A stretch of 64,000 bases of DNA, taken from contig CAVWWD010000006.1 in assembly GCA_963758635.1 (NCBI GenBank), forward strand, positions 1 through 64,000, written 5' to 3'. Position numbers and translations under genes: made by a program. This document shows, piece by piece, positions 11,491 to 20,809 of this stretch. Below the pieces are notes generated by a model. That model did not search any database, was not told the DNA's origin, and saw only the letters and a list, made by a program, of their open reading frames with translations. The DNA comes from an uncultured Candidatus Rokubacteria bacterium. Its GTDB lineage: Bacteria; Methylomirabilota; Methylomirabilia; Rokubacteriales; CSP1-6. Positions within the stretch are counted from its first letter, which is position 1, and the number at the start of each line of letters is the position of its first letter.

Positions 11491-11736
11491 TCAGCGCCCC
11501 TCTCTCGTCCGCCGAACGGCCCGGACGACGTCCGGCATCGGCTCCCCTGTCATCGTCCTCCGCCACGCCACGGGCAAGGATGGCGCAGACTTCGGGACGA
11601 GCGCGCGCAGGTCGGCCTCGTCGATCAGGTGCTGTGTCCCGACCTTCTGCGATCGCAGCCGACCCGAGCGAATCCACCGCCGAACCGTTTCCGGATTGCA
11701 CCGAGCACGCTTCGCGGCCTCGGGCACTGTCACCAT
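11491..11736 (-). CDS. HTH_17 (excisionase-like) DNA-binding protein, probable antitoxin
   Basis: TVPEAAKRARCNPETVRRWIRSGRL; lies directly upstream of the PIN remnant. Confidence 0.8.
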   Translation of the reverse strand: MVTVPEAAKRARCNPETVRRWIRSGRLRSQKVGTQHLIDEADLRALVPKSAPSLPVAWRRTMTGEPMPDVVRAVRRTREGR

Positions 11737-11759
11737 GGAAGTCGGGCCGGCCCCCGAGG

Positions 11760-12308
11760 CTACGCCCAGAGTGTCAGTGGGGGGATCGTGAGGTCGGGGA
11801 AGGGCTCGGCGCAGAACGGGTCGTCCCCGGCCGCCCGGGCGCCGACGACATAGGCGCCCGACCGGAGCACGTGGGCGTCGATCGAGCGCGCGTCCGGGTC
11901 GACGATCCAGAAGTGCGGCACCCCGTGGCGCGCGTAGAGCTGGAACTTCACGCTCCGATCCCGCTGGCGCGTGGACGGAGAGACGACCTCGATGACGAGC
12001 GAGGGCGCCCCCTCCACCCCGCGCTCCGCGACGATGCCCAGGCGCTCGGCCGCGACGTACACGATGTCGGGCTGCACGATGGACGTGTCGTCCAGGATCA
12101 CGTCGAACGGGCTGACGAACACCTGGCCGAGCCCCCGCGCCTTCACGTGAGCGTGCAGCAGGCTGAACAGCTCGCCCACGACCGTCTGGTGGCGTCGGCC
12201 CGGCGCCGGCGTCACCGCGAGCTCGCCGGCCAGGATCTCGTAGCGCCGCCCGTCATCGGGTAGCGCCACGTAGTCGGCGTAGGTCAGCACCGTTCTCACG
12301 GGGCGCAT
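11760..12308 (-). CDS. Uma2 (DUF820) family putative endonuclease
   Basis: LTYADY, RYEILAGEL, VQPDI, LVIEVVSPS, K..LYARHGVPHFWIVDP; RBS GAGGGAGAGG. Confidence 0.92.
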   Translation of the reverse strand: MRPVRTVLTYADYVALPDDGRRYEILAGELAVTPAPGRRHQTVVGELFSLLHAHVKARGLGQVFVSPFDVILDDTSIVQPDIVYVAAERLGIVAERGVEGAPSLVIEVVSPSTRQRDRSVKFQLYARHGVPHFWIVDPDARSIDAHVLRSGAYVVGARAAGDDPFCAEPFPDLTIPPLTLWA

Positions 12309-12473
12309 TGTATCCTCTCCCTCGCACCACATCATGTTCGCGTCCAGCGCTGCGAGGTGTCAGCGTCCAATCTTCGATACGGGGATCGGCCGGCGCGGCA
12401 GCCGAAACGCCGACGCGGCGAGCGGCCGTCGTGCGCGTCCGCGGCCACTGACGCCGGCTATACTGAGGGTCCG

Positions 12474-14503
12474 TTGAATCACGCGCCGCGCTCGTCCGCC
12501 TCCCCGTCGTCCGGGCTGCCGCCGGAGCCGTTCCTCCCGTTCGGTCCGCCGGACGTCGAGCAGTCCCTCGCCCGCCGGTTCCACCAGCAGACGGGCCGGC
12601 ACGCGAGCCGGCTCGCCGCGCGCGTGGGCGGGGCGTCGATCACGTATGGCGAGCTCGATCGGGCGGGCAACCGCGTCGCCCACGCGCTCCGCGACGCGCT
12701 CGGCGAGGAGAACGAGCCCGTCGCCCTGCTCCTCGGGCCCGGTCTCGACCAGATCGCCACCCACCTGGGCGTGCTCAAGGCGGGCAAGGTGTGCGTGCCG
12801 CTCGATCCCGCTCAGCCCGACCCGCGTCTCGCGCGCATCCTCGTCGAGACGGGCGCGCGCCGGCTCCTCACCGACGGCGCGCGACGCCCGCGCGCGGTCG
12901 CTCTCGTCGAGGCCGTGATCGAGAGCCGCGGCGACGGCGGACCCGGTCCCGCCGTGCTCGACGTGAGCGCGCTCTCCCCGGCCCTCGACGAGCGGCCGCC
13001 GCGGATCGCCATCGCGCCCGACGCGCTCGCCTACGTGTTCTACACCGCCGGCTCCACCGGGGAGCCGAAGGGCGTGATGCAGAGCCACCGGAACCTCCTC
13101 CAGCTCGCGCGGCTCTACCACGAGGAGATCGGGCTCTCCCCGGAGGACCGCATCCTGTGCCCCATGCCGCTCGTCTACGCCGGCGGCGTGTGGGGGCTGC
13201 TGGGCGCGCTCGCCAGCGGCGCATCGCTCCATCGCGCGAGCGCCGAGGGCGCCGGCGCGCTGCCCGCGCAGATCGCCGAGGGCGCGATCAGGTGGGAGTG
13301 ATGAGTGATGTTGGGGAGGGGGGCTGCGTGGAGTCGCCGGGGCGCGATCACGGTGGCCCAGCTCATGACCTCGATGCTCCGGCAGCTCCTGCGCGAGATC
13401 GCGCCCGGCCAGCGCTTCCCGAGCCTGCGCCTCGTCTACACCGGAGGCGAGGTGCTCCATCCGGCGGACGTGACGCGGTTTCGCGAGGTCTTCCCGGCCT
13501 GCACGCTGCTCTACGACCTCGGCTCCACGGAGGCGGGCCTGATCTGCCACCTCAGGATCGACGCGGGAGCGAGCCCCGACGGCTACGTGCATCATCGCGA
13601 GGGCAAGCCGCTGGTCCCCGTGGGCTTCCCGCTTCCCGGCGTGGAGCTCTCGATCCTCGACGGCGGCGGACGCCCGGTCGCGCCCGGGAGCGACGGGCAG
13701 ATCGTCGTGCGGAGCGAGTTCCTCTCTCCGGGGTACTGGCGCGATCCCGAGCGCACGGGCGCCGTGTTCCTGGCCGATCCCGCGGGCGGGGCGCGGCGCA
13801 TCTACCTCACGGGCGACGTGGGAACGATGCTGCCGGACGGGCGGCTGCTCCAGCTCGGACGCACGGACCTCCTGACGAAGATCCGCGGGCATTGACGAAG
13901 ATCGGGCAGCGGGTGGGCGCGGGCGAGATCGAGGCCGCGCTCCGCGACGACCCGGCGATCTCCGACGCGGCGGTGGTCGCGCGAGAGGACGCCGGAGGCG
14001 ACGCGCGCCTCGTCGCCTACGTCGCGTGCGCGCCGCGGCAGGCGCCCACCGTCAGCGCGCTGCGCCGCCGGCTGGCCGCCGCGCTGCCCGCGTCCATGAT
14101 CCCCTCCGCGTTCGTGTTCCTCGACGCGCTGCCGCTGTCGCCCGCGGGCAAGGTGGATCGGACCGCGCTCCCCGACCCCGGGCGCAGTCGCCCGCCGCTC
14201 GAGGCCGCCTACGTGGCTCCGCGGACCGGGCTGGAGGAGGCGCTGGCCGACGCCTGGGCCGACGCGCTCGAGCTCGACCGGGTCGGCGTGGACGACGACT
14301 TCCTCGACCTGGGCGGCCACTCCCTCGCCGCGACGCGCCTGCTCTTCCGGCTGACCGGACGCCTCGGCGTCGAGCTGCCGCTGTCCAACCTCTTCGAGAC
14401 GCCCACCGTCGCCGCCCAGGCCCGCGCGATCCTGGACCTCCTGGCCGCGACACTCCCCGACGCGGAGCGGGAGCGACTGCTCGGCCGGATCGAGACCCGC
14501 TGA
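12474..14503 (+). CDS. Stand-alone NRPS-like adenylation + peptidyl carrier protein didomain; interrupted at 13291-13350 and about 13890
   Basis: A3-like YTAGSTGEPKGV, LGSTEAG, YLTGDVG, KIRG, A10-like GKVDR, Ppant site LGGHSL; start codon uncertain (TTG). Confidence 0.82.
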
Positions 14504-14511
14504 CCGGCCGC

Positions 14512-17500
14512 TCAGGCGCTTGCCTGGGTCGCCTTCAGCAACCGGAGCTCTTCCTCGGCCGCGGCCAGCGCGCGAGGCATGTCCATGTCGAGGTACATCG
14601 ACCGCGCAGCGGCGAGAAGCTCCTCGGCAGCTTCCGGCCGCCCGGCCTGGCGGTAGAGCTTGCCGAGATCGAAGCGGCAACCCGCCGTCGCCGACCGGCT
14701 CCCGAGCCGCTCCGCGAGCGTGAGCGCCTCCCGGTACCGCGCTTCTGCCCCATCCACGTCCGGTGGCTGGCGGAGCGCCAGCGTCGTCCCGAGCATCCGT
14801 AGTGCCGACGCCTCGATCAGCGGAAGCTGTCCTTGTCGGCCGCTCACGAGGGCCTCCTCGGCGGCGGCGGCGGCCTCGGAGATGCGGCCCACGGCCAGGT
14901 GCGTCCAGCCCTGGGTTATGCGCAGGCTCGCGTGGTAGATCGTGCCGGGTCGGCAGAAGCGCATGGTCTCGCCGAGGCCCAGGTCGACCGTGGCGGGCCG
15001 GCCGGTCACCGCGTACGCCCGCGAGAGGAGCGCCGTCACGATGGGCCGCAGGATCTGGATGCGGGAGTCGTGCGCGAGGCTCAGAGCCCGCTCGAGCACC
15101 GGTATGGCCATCTCGTGCCGACCCTGGGTCACGTGGAGCATGCCCAGCACCCAGCACGCGATGCCGATGGTGAACGGATGCTCGAACGCCTCGGCCAGAC
15201 GGAGCGCCTCCTGGGCGAGCGGGAGGCCGCGGTCGAACGCGCCGCACTCGAGGTCGAATGAAGGCGAGCCAGGACCGGCACGCGGCGGCCGGGAACATGT
15301 CCAGGCCGTAGCGCTCCGGGGTTCCGTCGATGTCCCGCCGCAGCTCTTCGAGGAAGGCCTCCGCCACCGCGTACCGGGCGGAGAGGGCGTGCGTCACTCC
15401 GAGATGGAAGGTGGCGTTCATCACCAGCGGGAAGTCCGCGAGGCGCTCGCCCGTGGCGCGGGCTCGCCCCGCCGCCTCGCAGGCTTCGGCGGGCCGGCCC
15501 GTCTGCCAGAGCAGACCGGCCTGGTAGGCGCTCGCCCACGCGAGGCGACGCTCGTCGTCGAGCCCCCGTGCCAGGCGCGCGGCATCGCCGAGGCATGCCT
15601 CGATGCGCTCGAACTCACCGAGCGGCCCGAGCGCGCCTGCCAGCTCGAAGCGGAGGTCGATCCCGAGCTGCGTCGCCTCGCGTGTGCCCGGCCGCCGGTC
15701 GGCCGCCGCGACCGCTTGATCGAGCAGGGCCGCCGCGTCTTCGTATGCGGTCCGCCGTACGGCGACCGCGGCCGCCCGGCGCAGAGCGCCTGCCGCCTCC
15801 GCCCACGCGCCGGCTTCCGAGTGATGCGCGCCCAGCGCGGTCCAGTGCGGCTCGAGCCGCCCCGCATCGTGGGTCTCGAGCGCGCGCGCCACCGCGGCGT
15901 GGAGGAGCCGCCGGCGGGGCGCCAGCAGCTCCGCGTCGGCCACCTCGCGGAGGTAGTCGTGGGTGAACGCGAGGCCGTCGCCGGCCGCGTGCAGGATGCG
16001 GTGGCGCGTCAGCTCCTCCACCTGGTCTGCGAAGGCGCGCTCGGAGACGCCCGCGGCGCGGCGCAGCAGCGCCGGCTCGATCTCACGTCCGATCACCGCG
16101 GCCACCGACACGAGCTTGCGGCTGCGCGGGCTCAGCCGATCCAGCCGCCGGAGGACGATCTGCCTGATGCGATCGGCCAGCGGCAGCCGTTCCATCGCGT
16201 CGAGACGCCGAGCCGCCGGGATGGCGCGCATCGTCTCGACAACCACGAACGGATTGCCCTCGCTGAGCCGCCACACGCGAGCGCCGAGCCGCGCCACGTC
16301 ACCCGCTGATGCGCGTGCTCCGGCCAGCTGCTCGACGAGGGCACGCGTCTCGGGCGCGGACAGTGGCGCGAGCCGCAGCGTCGTCCGCTCCGCGTCCCCG
16401 TCCGTCTCGAGGAAGCGTCGCGCCGGCCCGCGGTCCATCACCTCCTCCGTACGCATGGTCGCGACGAGCAAGAGCCGTGAGGCGCCGCACCGGCGACCGA
16501 TGAAGTCCAGCAGGCGGACGCTCATGTCGTCGGCCCAGTGAAGGTCTTCCAGGACGAGCAGCAGCGGATGCCTGGCGGCGGCACTCATCACCACCCGGCC
16601 GACGGCCTCGAAGATGCGGAGGAAGTCGCCTTCGCCGATCGGATCGGCGCCGCCCCGGCCGAGCTCGGGCAGTAGCCGCGCCAGCTCCCTGTGTCCCCGC
16701 GCGTCGGCCTCGACCACGTCGCGCAGCGCCGCCTGAAGACGCTCATGGCGCAACACGGTCACCCATGGCGCGAAGGGCAGGATCTGCTCGCCCTCGAAGC
16801 AACGCGCCTCGACGACTCCGGCATCCCGGCGCGCCGCCAAGGCCGTCAGCTCCGCGACGAGGCGGCTCTTGCCGATCCCGGCCTCGCCGGACACCGCGAT
16901 GAAGCCACCGCGCCCCTGGCGTGCCGCCTCGAGCGCCCGTCGCGCCTCGGCGAGCTCGGCTTCGCGCCCGACGAGCCGGGTGGCGGATTCGGCACGGGCC
17001 GCGGGCGCGCGGCACGCACGATAGGTATCGCGGCGCCGGCGGTGGAGACGGAGCCGCGGAAGCCTCGCGCCGTAGCGCGCGAGTGGCGGTATCCGGCTCG
17101 ACGCCAAGCTCGCGCCGCAGGATCTCGGCGCAGCGGTCGTACTGCTTGACCGCGGCCGTGCGCCGCCCGGACCCCAGGTAGAAGCGCATGAGCGCCCTGT
17201 GCACGGCCTCCTGCGAGCCGTCGAAGGCGAGAAGGCGCAGGCCGGCCTGGACGCCGGTCTCCACGCTTCGATCGTCCAGCCGGTGACGCGACAGGCGCTC
17301 GAGCGCATCGACGGCAAGGCCGCGGAGCCGATCGCGCTCGCTGGAGACCCACTGCTCGAAGCCCGCCTCACGCAACCGGACGCCTTCCAGCAGGTCACCG
17401 CGGTACAGGGTCACCGCCTCCACCAGCGCGGCTGGTTTGCCGGCGCCGACGAGACGCTCGAAGCGCAGCACGTCAACGTCGACCGCGGACACGTCGAGCG

Positions 17501-17777
17501 CGACCGCCTGGTGATCGGCCACGAGCACGGGCGGCCGCGTCCGCGGGAGCCCCCGTCGCAGACCCGCCAGCGCCTGGCGCAAGCTCTGTCCCGCCTGCGC
17601 CTCGCTGCGGTCTCCCCACAGCAGGGAGGCGAGCGCCGCTCGCGTCGACCGTCGGCCCCGGCGGAGCGCGAGGTACGCGAGAAGGCCGCGGGTCTTGCGG
17701 GCGGGGATGGACAGGGCGGCGCCGGAAGCCAGCGTGGCCTCGAAGCCGCCGAGGAGTGTGAGTCTGAATCGCGCCAT
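14512..17777 (-). CDS. SARP-family regulator (wHTH-BTAD + AAA ATPase + TPR-like repeats); frameshifts near 17020 and 15255
   Basis: LTLLGGF, LLAYLAL, LLWGD, LYRGDLLEG, EAVHRALMR (BTAD); LVGRE, GEAGIGKS, LEDLHWAD; helical repeat C-terminus. Confidence 0.88.
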
Positions 17778-17847
17778 GTCTCGAGAGGACCGACGGCGGG
17801 ACTATAGCAGCATTGCGCGCGCGTGGTGACCGCGCCCGGCCCGGACC

Positions 17848-17888
17848 TTCACGCAATTTTCACGCTCTCGGGCATCACGGTCTCACGG
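17848..17888 (+). promoter_or_regulatory. Heptamer direct repeats, candidate SARP/OmpR-type wHTH binding site
   Basis: TTCACGC at 17848 and 17859 (11-bp period), plus ATCACGG at 17874 and CTCACGG at 17882, in the divergent promoter region. Confidence 0.55.
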
Positions 17889-17909
17889 CCTCGGCGTACA
17901 ACCGCGGCC

Positions 17910-18728
17910 ATGAGGACGAGCGGGATCCGTCGTGGCATCGCGATCGCGTGCGTGACGCTGCTGCTCGCGGCGGCGGCGCACGCCGAGGAGCCGGGCGGCT
18001 TCCGCGACCGCCCATGGGGCACGCCCTGGGACAGCACGGCGATCGTCTCGCTGCCCGGCTGCGACGGGGCAGGGCGAGCTGGTGGCCAACGTCGCGGGTT
18101 ACGTGGCCCTCGTCGAGCAGCCGGAGTGCGTCGGCTATCGGCTCTCCGAGCACCAGCGGGTGACCCTCATCCTCTTCTACGCGGAGATCAAATGGCATGC
18201 GCTCGATCCTGCCCGCCGCGTCGTGACCGGCCTCCTGGCCCACCGGCGCATGTGGGGCCTGACGCAGGGGACCGCAGCAGGTCTCGAACGGATGGCGGGG
18301 CACCTCGATGCGCTCACCGCGGCGCGCCGGCAGCACGGCGCGGCACCGCCGATCGTGCCGGAGCTGCGCACCGGGGCGTTCCCGTCCCAGACCGACGGCC
18401 TGCAGGGCTACCAGATGAACTTCGCTCCGCCGGCTACGACGCGGTGCGATCGGCGGTGGCGCGTGAGCTCGGCCCGGCGACCGAGCGTGCCAGCGATCCG
18501 GTGAGCGGCGAGACGTTGACGTGGGTGGGCCCGCGCACGCTGGCCATCCTGAGCGAGCGCGGCCACGGCGGCGCGTCGGGCTACTTCGCCGTCGTCACCA
18601 TCGAGTACCTCAGAGCCCTCTCCGCGCGGACCACCCAGCCACCCGGCGCCGCGCTCTGGACGAATCCGATGTCCCGTCCCGGCGTGCTCCGGATCGTCGA
18701 ATGGTTCGACTGGGCGCGCGACCGCTGA
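17910..18728 (+). CDS. Hypothetical exported protein; frameshifts near 18075 and 18425
   Basis: Signal peptide MRTSGIRR..AAAHA, then EEPGGFRDRPWG; coding-like sequence continues through two frame changes to WFDWARDR-stop. Confidence 0.6.
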   Translation: MRTSGIRRGIAIACVTLLLAAAAHAEEPGGFRDRPWGTPWDSTAIVSLPGCDGAGRAGGQRRGLRGPRRAAGVRRLSALRAPAGDPHPLLRGDQMACARSCPPRRDRPPGPPAHVGPDAGDRSRSRTDGGAPRCAHRGAPAARRGTADRAGAAHRGVPVPDRRPAGLPDELRSAGYDAVRSAVARELGPATERASDPVSGETLTWVGPRTLAILSERGHGGASGYFAVVTIEYLRALSARTTQPPGAALWTNPMSRPGVLRIVEWFDWARDR

Positions 18729-18731
18729 GCG

Positions 18732-19001
18732 TCACGGCACGATGCGCGTGTAGCCCTTGCGCCGCATGCACGCGTCGAACTCGCCCCGGTCCACGTCCTC
18801 GTAGGGCACGCTGGTGATCGCGGCGCCGGTCAGCACGAAGGGCCGCGGCACGCGCGGCGCCCGGGCCGACCCCTGTCACTGGTCCATGTCGCGCCGGGTC
18901 TCGCCGTCGTCGATGCCCGGCTTGTCGTACGTCCACAACGACACGCAGCCGGTCGTGGCCAGGAAGGCAAGGCCGGCGGCGAGGGCGGTAGCCCTGATCA
19001 T
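18732..19001 (-). CDS. Small lipoprotein with in-frame TGA at 18876-18878
   Basis: Lipobox LATTGC; W.YDKPG..RRDMDQ-TGA-..FDACMRRKGY; frame stays open to TGA at 18732; start overlaps the upstream stop (ATGA). Confidence 0.65.
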
Positions 19002-19447
19002 GACTCCATCAGTATGCACCGCATGTTCGCCGCGAACTCTCCCAGCAGCGCGTCCGCCTTCTTCCGGATGATGGGCTGCCCGAACTCGCCGATGCGGCCG
19101 AGGATGGCGAGGTCGGTGTCGATCCGCATGCATGTGCCCGTCTCGGCCGGGGCCAGGGTCACGCTCATGCGTGCGCGGATGCCCCCGCCGAGCCGCCGGT
19201 CGCTGGCCTCGGCGCGCATGCGCGCCCGCCAGGCGTCCCGGTCCCGCTCCTCGACGGTGATCGTGCCCTCGAGCGCCAGGCGGATGGGCCCAACCTGGAC
19301 CTTGAGCGCGCCGCGATAGACGCCCCCGTCGGTCGCCTCCACCGACTCCACGCCGGGCACGCAGCGGCCGACCCGCGGCACGTCCATCAGGAGATCCCAG
19401 AGCCGCGATCGCTCCACGGGGACCACGCACTCCTGCGTGAAGGTCAC
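18998..19447 (-). CDS. SRPBCC/CoxG-family protein
   Basis: LWDLLMD..VGRCVPG, VGPIRL, GRIGEFGQPIIRKKAD; last core gene of the Mo-hydroxylase operon. Confidence 0.87.
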   Translation of the reverse strand: MTFTQECVVPVERSRLWDLLMDVPRVGRCVPGVESVEATDGGVYRGALKVQVGPIRLALEGTITVEERDRDAWRARMRAEASDRRLGGGIRARMSVTLAPAETGTCMRIDTDLAILGRIGEFGQPIIRKKADALLGEFAANMRCILMES

Positions 19448-19460
19448 CGCTCGGGCGCTC

Positions 19461-20345
19461 CTACCGGCCCCGCGCGGAGCGCTCCGCGGCCTCCCACGCC
19501 TGGCCGAGCGCGCGCCCGACCATGACCGCCGCCATCTCGCGCTTGTACTCCGCCGACCCGCGGTGGTCGCTCAGCGGGTCCGTCTCCGCCTTCGCCGCCT
19601 CGCCGGCGGCGCGGAACAGGTCCTCGGCCCGCCGCTCCCCGGCCAGGAGCGCCTCCGCGGCCCGGGCGCGGAGCGGCGTCGCGCCGGCCGAGCCGAGCGC
19701 GATGCGCGCCTCGCGACAGCGTGTGCCGTCCGCCTCCAGGATCACGACCGCCGCCACCGCCACCGTCGCGTAGTCGTCGGCGGTGCGGGGCAGGAACTTC
19801 ACGAAGGCGGCGCCGCTCCGCGGCGGCAGGACCGGCACCGTGACGGCCGTGACCAGCTCGCCGGGCGCGAGGGCGGTCTCGTAGTAGTCGCGGAAGAAGC
19901 CGTCGAGCGGCAGCGCGCGCTGCCCGCCCGCTCGCTGCATCTCGACGGTGGCGTCGAGGGCCAGGAGCGTCACGGGCGGATCCTGGTTCGGATCGGCGTG
20001 GGCCAGGGCCCCGCCGACCGTCGCCATGTGCCGGACACGCACGGTGCCCACGCGCCGGAACGTCTCCGCGAGCACGGGCAGTCGCGTCCGGATCAGCGGC
20101 GAGACCTCGGCCTCCCGATGCGTGACGAGCGCGCCCAGCCGGCACGCGCCGTCGTTCGTCTCGATCCCGCCGAGCCCGGGCACGTCGCGCAGGCTCACCA
20201 GGCACTCCGGCCGCACGAGCCGCTGGCGCATCATGGTGACCAGCGCGGTGCCGCCCGCGATCGCCTTCGCGTCGTCGCCGCGCGCGCCGAGCACGGCCAG
20301 GGCCTCCTCGAGCGTCCGCGGCGCGGAGAGCTCGAACGCGTTCAG
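19461..20345 (-). CDS. Xanthine dehydrogenase family FAD-binding subunit (CoxM-like)
   Basis: AIAGGTAL, RHMATVGGALAHADP, DHRGSAEYKR; start codon reads CTG (uncertain). Confidence 0.9.
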   Translation of the reverse strand: MNAFELSAPRTLEEALAVLGARGDDAKAIAGGTALVTMMRQRLVRPECLVSLRDVPGLGGIETNDGACRLGALVTHREAEVSPLIRTRLPVLAETFRRVGTVRVRHMATVGGALAHADPNQDPPVTLLALDATVEMQRAGGQRALPLDGFFRDYYETALAPGELVTAVTVPVLPPRSGAAFVKFLPRTADDYATVAVAAVVILEADGTRCREARIALGSAGATPLRARAAEALLAGERRAEDLFRAAGEAAKAETDPLSDHRGSAEYKREMAAVMVGRALGQAWEAAERSARGR

Positions 20346-20809
20346 GGCCGGCCCGCCCTGCTCGCCGCGCGCACCGACTCGACGATCTTGTAGTACCCCG
20401 TGCAGCGGCAGAGGTTGCCGAGCATCCACTCGCGGATCTCGGCCTCGCTCGGGTGCGGCACCTCGTCGAGGAGCGCCTTGGACGCCATGACCTGGCCGGG
20501 CGTGCAGATGCCGCACTGGAAGCCGCCCATGTCCATGAACGCCTGTTGCACGGGATGCAGGCGCTCGTCCTCGGCGAGCCCCTCGATGGTGGTGACCGTG
20601 CGGCCGTCCGCGAACGACGCCAGCGCGATGCAGGCGCTGATCATCTTGCCGTCGAGCAGCACCGTGCAGGCGCCGCAGACGCCCACGCCGCACCCTTCCT
20701 TGGACCCCGTGAGCCCGAGGTCGTACCGGAGGCAGTCGAGCAGCGTGCGGTACGTGGGGACCTCCACCTCCTGGCGCATGCCGTTGACGGTGAGGCGGAT
20801 CGTGGGCAT
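20342..20809 (-). CDS. Xanthine dehydrogenase family 2x[2Fe-2S] subunit (CoxS-like)
   Basis: GCGVGVCGACTV, QCGICTPG, GNLCRCTGY. Confidence 0.95.
   Translation of the reverse strand: MPTIRLTVNGMRQEVEVPTYRTLLDCLRYDLGLTGSKEGCGVGVCGACTVLLDGKMISACIALASFADGRTVTTIEGLAEDERLHPVQQAFMDMGGFQCGICTPGQVMASKALLDEVPHPSEAEIREWMLGNLCRCTGYYKIVESVRAASRAGRP

Noticed and set aside
11491..11736. Prophage or ICE excisionase
   Set aside because: No integrase, att site or phage genes nearby; the downstream PIN remnant favours an antitoxin role
12474..17777. Complete NRPS biosynthetic cluster regulated by the SARP
   Set aside because: No condensation, thioesterase or tailoring genes; the two genes are convergent and the candidate operator faces a different gene
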